Shown here: positions 52,950-64,000 of the stretch, one piece after another | How the letters are laid out: every line of letters starts with the position of its first letter | Numbering within the stretch: position 1 is the stretch's first letter | DNA from: Acanthaster planci | Lineage: Eukaryota | Length of the DNA stretch: 64,000 nt | Assembly (NCBI RefSeq): GCF_001949145.1 | Contig: NW_019091359.1 | Span: 2,518,861-2,582,860, forward strand | Direction: 5' to 3' | Translations under genes and position numbers: made by a program | Notes under the pieces: generated by a model | The model's input: the letters and a program-made list of their open reading frames with translations, nothing else | Databases searched by the model: none | What the model was told of the DNA's origin: nothing

Positions 52950-53958
52950 ATGGTTGGAACGTTCCCATTGGAACGCCGTATTGTCATTCCGAAACCATGG
53001 GTTTTCCGTTGGGAACGCGACATTCCACGGGGAATGCTGTGTTCCCTTGTGAGAACGGTCCAATGAAAACAAGCGTTCCCATCAGAACGTCTCCATTCAG
53101 GTAGCTTCAATCGCCAATGTACAAATCTTACCCAATGTCCAAAAACGGAGCCTGCCATGACAAACGAGCATAGGTAAACTACTTTGCTTTCACAATAGGC
53201 CTAATTTTAAATAAGAACTGGAAGTAAACTGAAGATGGAAATATGATATGGTAAAATTTGTTAATGTGATGATGGAAATTTTGTTTTAACTGAGATACAA
53301 AAGTGAAAATCACTACGTACTGACTTCCTGCAGAGTACATGTATGTGTTAGTGTGTGTATCACTGGCCTATAGGCTGCAATATCAACCTTGAGCTTCATT
53401 GCCTTAGTCATGTGGTTCAACTTTTTCCATGATATTTGAAGACCTCACCCGTACCCCTTCAATTACAGGTTAGGTTTTTAAATTGTTTCTGATATGATGG
53501 AATACTTATGTGAGGAAACATTGCTATGATAAATCCCTCTACCACGCAAACCTGACAATGAATAAAACACTCCCAAGTACAGACGTGAACATCAACACAA
53601 TAAAATTAACGGTGTCCAAGTCATTGCGTGGTAAGCTATGTCATGGTGAATATGGACAAGAAAAACAGGAGAAACATTAACTTTTATGAGGAGTAAATCC
53701 CAAAATGCTACACTCCAGCTACCATCCTTCAGACATAGGATCAAGGAAATGAATGCCAAAAATCTTTCTTCTTAATTGCGAATGTAACTGCAGCACTGTT
53801 CCACTGGGAACACGCGTTCTCAATGGAACGCTGCCTGGAACGGTCTGGAATGTGCCTGCGATGCGGGCACGTTCCAATGGAATGCCAGCATTCCAGTGGG
53901 AACAGCCAACGGAATGGGAATGTACCCAATTAAGGGCCAATGGAAATCCTCATCTGTG
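52950..53958. mobile_element. degenerate DNA transposon remnant with repeat-rich inverted arms
   Basis: Clusters of gttcc...ggaac palindromic units at 52953-53090 and, inverted, at 53797-53925. The right end reads CACAG on the minus strand; left terminus not found. Confidence 0.55.
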
Positions 53959-54005
53959 CACATGTGTTACTGTGTCCATGCAATGACACATTCTTATGGT
54001 CGACA

Positions 54006-54290
54006 GACGTTCTCAGCTCCAAGTAGAAAAAGTTTCTGCCAACCATTTTCAGACCAACCAATGTCAAAAGGACAAGTCAGCTTAACCACAGAAATCCATC
54101 TGTGAAGATACCAAGCCTGCATGTTTCCTGGATCTTCAACTTGATGAACAGAAAAAAAATCTTCCAACCTCAATATACAGTCTGTTTCAACGGAATCAAT
54201 TTCATTGGTCCTTTTCAACTTTTCACTATGTCCTCAGTCAGCTGTCCCTTAAACCTCGGAGGACGTTGTGATCTCTCAAGATGCTACTTC
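54006..54290 (-). pseudogene. ZNF277: duplicated fragment of ZNF277 last exon (final codons, stop and proximal 3'UTR)
   Basis: Matches 57673-57959 with about 7 substitutions and one 2-bp indel by eye; truncated by the single N at 54291. Confidence 0.8.
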
Positions 54291-54296
54291 NGAAAA

Positions 54297-57200
54297 AAAT
54301 ATTTTTACTGTTATTGTTTGTCTTTAAAGTGGTGCCAAGTATCCATTTCTATTGATTCCTTCAACAAGTCTTGTCACAGTCACTGGACTGCTAAATTGGT
54401 TCATCTTTGTTGGCCATGTGATGGTAGGATTCCATACTGACAGTATAAAGTGGAGTCACTTGGTTTCACTGGCTTGTTCAAATGCTTTGAGATTAATGAA
54501 AATCCCATTTCTTTACTTTCACTTCGGGAAGAATGCACTAACTGTTCGTCCTTCAGAAGGTTTCACCAGTGTGTATCTGTTTTTTGTTTTGAAAGAATGT
54601 TTTCTTTTATTTCCTCCTTTGCAGCGTCCATCATTGGAACAAGGTTACATCTTGCTGTAGCTGCTTCCTGTGTCTTGATGGGGTTTTACATTTTGTTCTT
54701 AAAGTGAACTGGATTTGAAACAGTTGCAAAACAATCATGAAATACTTCTGAAATGGATAGACAAGGTTGCTTTGCTGCCCAAACAAAGCTCAGAAAGTTG
54801 GATAAGAATCCATTCCACTGAGGAACTTCACTTGAGTGAGATTGATGGAAGTTGTCAGACTGGCTTTGGTGAACCTTGCAGGCCTAGCCATGGATGATTT
54901 AAGGACCATAGACTAAACTGATCAGAAAGAAATGGCCTTGGATTACAGAAGCTGTTGGGCCTGGGCTAACCTAACCTTGAAGATGAACTTGATACATGGG
55001 ACCTACATGCTGGTCACTGTGGAGAGGGTTCAAGGATGGATTGGTTGTAATGAGCCTATGTGTACTTTGGAGAAGCCTTGCGCTTGTGAGTTGATGCAGT
55101 GAAACACCTGGTAATTGGCCTCATTCAATTAATATTGCCTTGCCTTAAGTTTCTCATTGTGAAAAACACTCTTGCGTTATCTATTGCATGGTTCAGCAGA
55201 TGTTCTCGTTGGAGACGATTGGTCCAGAGATGCCAGGCCATTTCACAGCTTGAATTTGTTTGAGCGACCTTGTATTTGGTCTTTAGTTTTCAAATTCAGA
55301 GGGACAAGTCACTGGCAGAACCAGGCAGAGCCAAGGGATGTGGAGGCTTTTTTCAAAATATTTTCTGCTTTTTTTCTCTCAAAGTTGCTTGTCATTTTAA
55401 AGACACACTGTTCACCTTTCCAACTCCAGTAACGACCAATTCTAAAGTAGTGCACTGAGCGCATGTGACATAGCAGTCATCGTTTTTGGAAGTGAAATCG
55501 ATGTAACTGTACAGGTTACTTAATAGACGTAACTACCGAAAGACAAAAAAATTGGCCTGAAAATATTTTATATGCAATGAATAAATACCCTTAGACATAT
55601 CAGCTGTATGTTTTGCTCATGAGCCTATCACATGACCATTCTTAAATGCTTGATAAAACACTGGCTCTTTGGAAGAACATGCTATAACATGTCGGGGGGG
55701 TGACAAATGAAAACGTAAGTGAACAGAATTGTTTAAACTTGGAATTGCTTTGACTCTAGCTGAGAAGGTATATATGAATGGTAATCTGCCCTGAGCAGAA
55801 GCACCCCCTCATTGGTTGAAAAGAGCCATGTTGGTCAGAAGTACTCACTTTGTTGGTAGCAATGCCACAATAATACATTCATTCCATAGTCGTTTGTGAA
55901 CTGGCAAAGCGCAGTTCGGACCAAAGGTGCCTGCGTTAATTGGAAAATTGCGCCCTCTCTTGGTCCAGTTCAGCACTCCTGCATAACCATGTATTTGTCC
56001 AGTCTTGGGATCAGGAAGATGGAGGTTGATACATGTACTAATGTCCTTTTCCACTGGCTCATCACGTCCTGTGTCACCTCACATAGTTTGTGCCACGGTC
56101 ACACCAATATCCCATATGTGTGTGTGTGACTGCTTGTGAGATGTACGTACAGCAACACGGCTTATTTAAGTTAAAACCTTTTGACTTTGCAACTCAATAA
56201 ATAAATGCTTGGCTAGGCCAGGCAGCAGAATACCTGCACGACTGACTAAGTGTTTGATTCAAGACGTTTTTCTTGAGATATCATCAAATTGTGCAAATGA
56301 TGAAACCTGAGATTGTTGGCATGTCAAATATAAACATGGTCATTGTTGAAATACACAGTAAAATTTGAAACGGAAATAGCCTGAGAATTTTACCTGTCAT
56401 GTCTGTTCAACTACTAACGCTTTTAGTAATTACAAATAGTTGAAAACCTTGCAGTAAGACAACTGTGTATAACAACAATAAAATAAAATCTAGTACAACA
56501 TGCTATTGATTGAACATAACAATTTGAGTTCCCCAGATGACAGACACTGTTGTTACACCTCATGAGTTGGGGCAAGCTTTCGCATAGCGACCACCATCTC
56601 TGGAATGGACTGGTTCCTTTGTGCCCTTCTTATCCATTGAGAACAGTGTATTGTTGCAAGGCATCTCTTTTAGCAAAAGCTTGCCCGGAATCACAAGGTA
56701 TAGCAAGAGTCTTTCATGTGGAGAATTCAAATATTTATGTTCACATGATTTAAAGGACTCGGTGTACCAGATTTTATTCAAATGTTACTTGCAAAAGGCT
56801 CATTACATCCATGTGGGTCAAAACATTAACTTGGAAATACGGATGGATCCATTGAAAGTGATACTGCTACATTGTTCAATATTTGGTGGTATCACTTTAG
56901 GAACTGCACTTTAGTGAAGTTTTCCCACCTTTTTTCCATTTCCAAGAAATTATTAAGTACATAGCAATATTTGGAACAATTCCCTTGTCACATCATTATT
57001 TGTGTATTCAGTTAATGTTGATTAATGTGAGAATAATTTCTTGCAATGGATTTTTCATCATGATAAAAGCAATCTAAAGAAAGAGTAAATTGAGAGGATC
57101 CAGTGCAGGTAGGTTTCTAAATTAACAAGTTACAACACATCTGAACTTAATTTAATGGTAGAAATTAAACCTGAAGTGATATTTTCAGGGTATAATGCAA

Positions 57201-57528
57201 TACTAAATATAACAAGTATAACTTGCCATCCCAGAAAGAACTGTAAAGTATACACAAAACAATTTCATCTCATAGAGCACAACTTTAATACAACTCTATA
57301 CGCAATCCAGTGCAACCAAATATTTTCATATGATTTGTGAGTTTTGATGTAATTTGAAAATTCATTGATAAATCACAAATATTCAACTTTGTACGTAAGA
57401 AACATCCTTTTCATGATGCTGACATACTTATATATTGTATACAAATACAGAACAAAAGTGGGTAATGCGCCTGAATTAATGTATGAATGTGGCAGGTAAA
57501 AATATACAACATACCCATGTGCTTGAGG
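54297..57528. repeat. segmental duplication copy B (ZNF277 3'UTR/downstream region)
   Basis: Collinear with 37622-41995; carries ~550 bp (about 56330-56878) not seen in copy A. Confidence 0.92.
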
Positions 57529-57906
57529 AAATATATCTTCATCTGTGTTGAAATAAAGAATTGTTTCCCAGTGTGCAAGAATACATTAGCTGGCTTAGAT
57601 GCCCACTTGAAATTAGTCTCTTTCACAGTCACACGTACCCTCAATGAGTATTTCACACTGGATAAAATAAACGACGTTCTCGGCTCCAAGTAGCAAAAGT
57701 TTCTGCCAACCATTTTCAGACCAACCAATGTCAAAAGGACAAGTCAGCTTAACCACAGAAATCCATCTGTGAAGATACCAAGCCTGCATGTTTCCTGGAT
57801 CTTCAACTTGATGAAGAGAAAAAAAATCTTCCAACCTCAATATACAGTCTTTGTTTCAACGGCATCAATCTCATTGGTCCTTTTCAACTTTTCACTGTGT
57901 CCTCAG

Positions 57907-58090
57907 TCAGCTGTCCCTTAAACCTCGGAGGACGTTGTGATCTCTCAAGATGCTACTCCTTGCAATGGGAGTATCTTCAGCAATGACAGGTGTCTTCCCT
58001 GCTCTGCCTGGTTCATCATCAATGCCATCTTCATCATCATCTTCCAATTTATAAAGCAAGGTGTCATTCTCATAGGTTGGGAAGAAATAT
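57907..58090 (-). CDS. ZNF277: zinc finger protein 277, last exon
   Basis: YFFPTYENDTLLYKLEDDEDG...VIAED...LRDS-stop matches human YYFPTYENDTLL. Acceptor tctcttcag. Confidence 0.95.
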
Positions 58091-58812
58091 CTGAAGAGAA
58101 TCGAAAAATAACCAAAAAATGAACACAGTGTGTTTCAGAATAACAGTAAGCTACCGACGGGAAAATGGCTGACTCAATCTTTCTAAAAAATCAGAAAGTT
58201 GCAATTTCTATGTGCTTTGTACCACTGGTGCACATGGTGACTGGTACATGCATTATGTAATGATGTATTTCTAGGTCGCCTGTGGGAAACCACACAGTGC
58301 CACTGCAAGTTCCTTCATGGGATCTTTGCTGACTGAAACTACTCACTGATCACTAAACCATTCAGAAAATATTTTTGGTGAACATTATCAAGCTGGGTGA
58401 CTGAGGGTTAATGTGGAAACTTTTTTGAAGATCACATCCATTTGGAGGTGTTACAGAGGTTAGGAATCTAATTCTGGACATTGAAATTGCAATCTCTCTA
58501 TGTGCCCCCTGGCACCATTCCTAACACAGTTGAAATAACCCATTCCTTAAAGGTGTGGCACAAAATGGTTTCCTCGTGTAATGTTTTGGTTTACATCTCC
58601 TAGCCCTAATACATCTCTACATGATTCTGTGTCTAATTTTGGGACACCTGCCACCACAAATTTCCCTGATTACTCTGCCTGCCGCAGGCTTGCATAATAA
58701 ACCAAAGCACACAGCGAGAAAAATGAGCCAAATCTGTTGATGTTACTTTGTTCTGATCCACAAGCACTCTCCCCCCTCTAATTCCAGACTGTCCCCGCCC
58801 ACTCTAACTCAC

Positions 58813-58987
58813 TGAGGCTGATCCCAATCCTGCTTGTCAGGCAAGTCTGTCATGTGACCCTGTGATGTCATGTGATCCAGTAGCCCCTCCCTGTTGGGGA
58901 AGACTTCCTTGCATCGGATGCAGGACCTCTGATGAACACAGCGCCTGATGTAGTTGATCAGCTTGACTTGCAAGTAAAAATTCAAAC
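58813..58987 (-). CDS. ZNF277: zinc finger protein 277, exon
   Basis: GLNFYLQVKLINYIRRCVHQRSCIRC...HMTSQGH...LPDKQDWDQP. Phase 1-2, donor CA|gtgagt. Confidence 0.95.
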
Positions 58988-59630
58988 CTACAAAGAAAAA
59001 TATTCGACAATGCATCAAATGAGGCCCTGGAATTGAAACAAAACAGGGCAAAGGTTCTGTGCATGCTTCCTTTCTGTTCTGTTTCATCAGAAAGTGGTTC
59101 AACTGCAGCTTAAATGAAGATTTAATTCTCAAGACTTTATAGAAAAATTTCTTCTAAATCAGAGGCAAACGTCACTAATACCCAATCCAAATGTTCAACC
59201 AATTTGTTACATCCAACAAAATACATGAATCTTCTGTGAAATAGATTCAAGCTTCAACCTGATTTCTGCTTGAGGTTAGAAACGATTCAAATATTTTATT
59301 AATGTTGACAGCAGTTGGAACTGACGAGAGCACAAGACATATAGTATGCTGCAAACACAAACATCTCATCTTCCCTTCATGCAGACGCTCATATAAACAA
59401 CAGACTGTGCTCTTTCTGAGTGGGTGGGTAGATAAAACGAAGGGAAACACTCTACGGGAGGATCCAGTGTCATTCTGCCTGACAGTCCTTGATCATTCAC
59501 CGATTGGAGGATTGAGGACTAGGGTTTAAATATAACCGGACACTCTGGGCAATGGCCCTCTCTGTCCCTTGATATTCCTCAATTCTTTCAATAACAAGTC
59601 CAGATTTGTCTTTACATTTTCAACGTTCAC

Positions 59631-59767
59631 CTCGTTTCATGTGCTCAAGGTCAAACCCATGCAAGGACAGCATATGTGTCTCCAACTTCTTGATGTCAGC
59701 AGTGCTCACTGGACAAAAGAGGCACACAGCACCTATCCCAGAATCCTCCTGCCAGTCCTCCCAGTTG
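59631..59767 (-). CDS. ZNF277: zinc finger protein 277, exon
   Basis: NWEDWQEDSGIGAVCLFC...HMLSLHGFDL matches DWSDWEE...AVCLFC...HMEDAHEFDL. Phase 2-1; donor G|gtgaac slightly uncertain. Confidence 0.9.
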
Positions 59768-60877
59768 CTATGGAAACATGGCACAGAATAAAACATCATT
59801 GGATGATCTGATAATTACAATGCTCATGTTCCTCTTTGCAAACAAAGATTCTCGAAGTGCACAGATGTATGTTTGTGTTTTTTTAACTTAGTCTGCATCG
59901 AGCAAAGAAGATCATTAGAGCAGCACTACACAGGTTGTTTCTGACCTCAAACGTAAGTGAAACATTGGGGCAGAATTTCAAATAACACCTGTCCCTCAAA
60001 TCATTTCAATACACTTAACCTTAACAGTCCCAAATCCTCCAATTTCAATATGATTTTACATACAGCCTGGGGGGTTAGGGTTAACTTATAAAAAGGACTT
60101 GATCAAGTACATTCACCAAATCTACACAGGTAGGAAAAGACTACAACTGCACACAGTCAACCTTGGATAAGCCAGATACAATGGAACCAACCGATTTTTA
60201 TCCGACTTAAGCAAAGAAGACACCTTGCATTACACAGTCATTGATCACCAGCCATTGACCCTATAACGGCCACAGCCCACAAAACATAAAATGATGTAAT
60301 ACCAGGATGTTTCTTACATCAAACATAATTTATTTCCAAACTACACATGCACTGTATCAACAGAGAATCAAAGCAGGTTTCACCAATCGTGCGACACAAT
60401 TTCGTATTTCAAGCATTGCCATACACGTTTAACAGCTGCACTAAGCCCAGCCACCTTATCCAATAAGAAGTGCAGTCTGTGATCACATGGGTACATAGAC
60501 TTTTTTCCAGCCAAATATCAAGCTCATTCATGCAGTATAGCAATGGGAGTAGAGCAAGTGATGGAGCTCAAGCCAACGGTTGCTACTGAAGAGTATGACG
60601 TCTACATGTGGCATTGCAGATATCGCTGCTGTGAAAACCCAGTGGAACCGGCGCCAAAAGGATTGATTAAGACAAATAAATATGGACCAAATCCCCAAAA
60701 CAATAAACCAAACACGGAAACAATCCCTCGAAATCAACCAACTCAATAGTCAGTTTAACTTTGCTTTAGTAATGTCAATCCTCTGTCCATATTCATGGCC
60801 ACAACCAGTCAGTAGTTACAAAATCAATTGGAAATTTGTAACATATAAATATGTGACGGGGCATCTCTGTCACTCAC

Positions 60878-61108
60878 TCATCCTTCTGCACATCATCTCG
60901 CTCATCTCCCCTTCGTCTTCCATCTTCATCCTCCTCTTCTTCTGATAGCACCGCTTCCCAGTTCTTGCCCAGCTCCAGGTAGTTGATGACATAGAACTTG
61001 TCATAGACAGGGTTCCTGGGATTGATTCTCTTGTGCATCTTCTTGCGCATGTGCTCCTTAAGGGTCAGTCTATCCTTAAAGGTCTTGTCGCAATACAGAC
61101 ACTTGAAA
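60878..61108 (-). CDS. ZNF277: zinc finger protein 277, exon
   Basis: FKCLYCDKTFKDRLTLKEHMRKKMHKRINPRNPVYDKFYVINYLELGKNW, the ZNF277 hallmark. Phase 2-2, donor GA|gtgagt. Confidence 0.97.
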
Positions 61109-61730
61109 CTGGGCACCACGAACAAGGAAATGTTGTTTTACAAAGGAATTAGAAATCGCAATCAGGTGAATGACCTGGATGCAATGAAATATTACTAAGC
61201 TAAGGAAGCTCTTTAAATACTTTTTGGTCTTAAACAAGGAAATTACCATTCAAGTTGCCAGCAATTTGTCGACTGGACCACAGAGACACACAGGATAGTT
61301 TGGGGCATTACAACCTACCATGAATGTTCATTCACAAGATGGTCACGGAATGGCAACCATATATGTACATTATGAATCACTGATGAATTTATAGAAAGGC
61401 CAGAGAGTATGCTACTATAGAGGCATAGATAAACATTTTTTACCCACAGGTAAAGTAGTGATACAAATAAATAATGACATCTGATGATGATAGATGGTGA
61501 TTTTGTCTCCCAACTGCTGCAGTTTGCTCATTCATGAAGGTCTACTTTGAGATGCATGATTTCAAAAATTCAGAAATTTACCGCTTGGCTCTATGTCCAG
61601 CAGAAAGTCAGAAAATACATGTGCCTTTTGGAAATATGTTTTTTAATTCACAGGTGTTGCATCCTTTTTCTGGGAATTCGCTTCCAAAGTTTAGAAACTT
61701 AAACTTGCTTAATGAAAGTATAGCATCTAC

Positions 61731-61776
61731 CTGCTTAATTTTTCTTCAAGTATGTCCAGAAACTCGTTGGCAAAAA
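61731..61776 (-). CDS. ZNF277: zinc finger protein 277, short exon
   Basis: 46 nt, VFANEFLDILEEKLS matches VNCNEFLCTLQKKL. Acceptor tttttcacag, donor AG|gtagat, phase 1-2. Confidence 0.9.
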
Positions 61777-61931
61777 CTGTGAAAAAGCAAACCAACAACC
61801 AGATTATAGATTTGTCAAATGAATCATGTTGATATTGACAGGTTCTTACAAAAACTAAGCTAATTAAATAAAAACAATTTTTGCATGGTTGCAGTTTAAT
61901 CGGGTATATGACAAGGTGACGGATTGGGTGC

Positions 61932-62193
61932 TAGGGCGGAGTCAATTCAAATAATTGACCATTCGAATATTCGGCCTTCAATTCGATTGGATATTTGAAT
62001 ATTCAAATATTTGATTGTACCGGCCGATGGACTGTTGGGCATATCAGCTGCCTTAGTGTATGGATTTTTTCTCATTTAAAAAGGAAATTCTCATTTCTTG
62101 TTTATGAATTTTGCACTCGAACATTCAAATTCAAAAATTATAATCAAATATTTGACAATCAATCAAAATATTCGAATATTCGGCACAGCCCTG
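61932..62193. mobile_element. hAT-like MITE in a ZNF277 intron
   Basis: Termini tagggcgg... and ...cacagccctg, with multiple attcgaatattc subterminal repeats at both ends. TSD unclear. Confidence 0.65.
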
Positions 62194-62317
62194 CTTGGTC
62201 CCTTAAATCAATATCTCAAATCTTTCCAAACCAGGGAACAAATAAAAAATTTAGAAACTTTTGTAATACAGATGGCTTCACATGGCTCATATTTCTTTTA
62301 GTATTTTCAAAACTCAC

Positions 62318-62551
62318 CGATATTATTTGGTTGGCCTACACTGAAATGGTGATCAAAAGCCATATGATCAAACAAAGAGGCCCTGTTTCCCTCAAAATGC
62401 TCCCGACAAAACAGGCAACCCCTGGAGAAAGTGGAATCTTCTCGTTCCTGCTGCTGGGTACTGAGAATCATGTCTAGTCTTTTCAGCTGGAGGTCCTCCC
62501 TCAACTTCTTGTCTTCCGGTGTGAGGTCTGACAGGAGATAATACTGGGACT
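62318..62551 (-). CDS. ZNF277: zinc finger protein 277, exon
   Basis: SQYYLLSDLTPEDKKLREDLQLKRL...QQQERED...CLFC...GNRASLFDHMAFDHHFSVGQPNNI. Phase 1-1. Confidence 0.96.
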
Positions 62552-63192
62552 CTGGAAAATGCAACCAATAAATAATTCCAACTGGGAATAAATATGTTTC
62601 TACAAAAAAAAGTCTGAGAATACCAGGATGGGACTGTCTGTCTACAGCGTGTTAACTTTGAGACCATTTATTTCAGCTGCAAACATTCTCTGTTATCACA
62701 AGAGGTTCAATGAACGGGTGCTCCTAGACAAAGTTGGACAGGGGACGGGGAAGGGGGGAAAGATTGACTCCAGTGTTTGAAATCGCCTGTAGACTATGGA
62801 GGAACACAGCTAAGACAAAACTGTCTCCCTGATATCTGTCATCTCATGGCTGGACACTAAGGGACAGTTTTCAAGATGTACGGGACTGGACTGGAGAGCT
62901 GTGCTGTATCATTTTCTCTTAAGCCAACTGTTGCCTAGTTAGTGACAAACGTGATATTACCGTCCAAAACAACAGAGGAGGCATTCAACAATGTCCAACA
63001 CTGCCCTGTCCTGATTTCAGTAGAGTGTTTCAATGAAAACAGCAATGCTCAGAGTTTTGAGAGGGAAGGCTATCCAATTCCTCCATTAGAGACAAGGCTA
63101 TGAAATTCCCTGCTCTATAGTTCAGAACAATGGATCTTTGAAGATTTAGCATTATACTTTACAATGGAAGATACAACATGAGATTATCTTAC

Positions 63193-63290
63193 CATTCCCT
63201 ATGCGCCAGGTTTGAGAATCTTGCTTGACCAAGGTGCAGAATTGCACGTAGGATTCCTGGCTGAACCTCATTCGCCAGTATTCAATGTAT
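63193..63290 (-). CDS. ZNF277: zinc finger protein 277, exon
   Basis: YIEYWRMRFSQESYVQFCTLV matches YILYWRKRF...FCSVI. Phase 2-1, donor G|gtaaga. Confidence 0.93.
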
Positions 63291-63648
63291 CTGTAAAAAA
63301 ATCAGAACAGTAAGACAAATGTAAAACTGAAATCTAAATTAAAAAAAAAAAAAACAGCAACGAACACATTAAAAAAAAAGGTCCATCAAGGTTTAGCCAT
63401 ACAGGCATTCGCTCAGAAACATTCCAGTTTAAACTTTCATTCCATTTCCTTTCTTATTTAGGGCCAAATTGGCAAAATATTTTCTTTCAAGCAACATACT
63501 AAAACTCATTACAACTCAGTACAAAGCTTAGTATTACCTGCATCATGTGCATGTATGATCAAGAATTTTTCTATTACAAGTTACAAAAATATTATCTCGC
63601 ATTGTTCAAGGTTTTCCAAAGTGACTGAAGTCTTTTCGTGTTATTTAC

Positions 63649-63886
63649 CTTCTAAGATCACAAATGAGGTTGACATCAGCGATGCACAGACTGTGTGCAA
63701 CTTGAAGATGCTTCAGAAACTCTGACTCGTGCCTTTGAAGGTCAAAGGTCAATGAGCACAGTAGACAGCCTATGAATGAGTTGTTGGTTTCACTCTCTGC
63801 TGAGGTTGACTGTTTGCATTTAACTTCTGGGAAGGTGAGAGGTTCTAAAATTGGATGGGTAGCATTCTTCACTTTATCCATTGTCT
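63649..63886 (-). CDS. ZNF277: zinc finger protein 277, first exon visible in the window
   Basis: MDKVKNATHPILEPLTFPE...CLLC...FLKHLQVAHSLCIADVNLICDLR. Acceptor cttcacag just before 63886; ATG at 63881 gives 445 aa over eight exons. A further upstream exon lies outside the window. Confidence 0.92.
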
Positions 63887-64000
63887 CTGTGAAGCTGTAA
63901 ATGTACATTTAGGATTGAAAGAGTGACAGTCATCATTATTGGAAACGAGCCATCAATCTGCACGACTGATTCCCTTTTCAAAAAGAAGTTTCCACAACTG

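Overview
Eukaryotic, intron-rich animal genomic DNA with five N gaps. The Death-NACHT-LRR gene and abundant TACATG motifs suggest an invertebrate, plausibly an echinoderm; that is inference. All four recognisable genes are on the minus strand. (1) 5' part of an IRBIT/AHCYL1-2-like gene: a shared Ser-rich exon at 118-276, preceded over about 28 kb by at least eight candidate ATG-containing first exons, all ending in phase-0 donors. The rest of the gene runs off the left edge. (2) A complete 4-exon NOPCHAP1 (C12orf45) gene, 31835-34953. (3) A Death-NACHT-LRR (NLR) immune receptor gene, about 42135-47098, with an unresolved 5' end. (4) ZNF277, eight coding exons at 57907-63886. The NLR sits in a ~12 kb segment flanked by duplicated pieces of the ZNF277 3' end/downstream region. 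Comparing the duplicates exposes a solo LTR and a piggyBac-type micro-element with their empty sites. Several MITEs, tandem repeats and an 88-nt hairpin are also present. Top candidates for something new: the variable-first-exon array, which would switch a PP1-docking motif on or off in IRBIT, and the NLR nested in a duplicated housekeeping-gene 3' end. Exon models were read by hand and lack transcript support.
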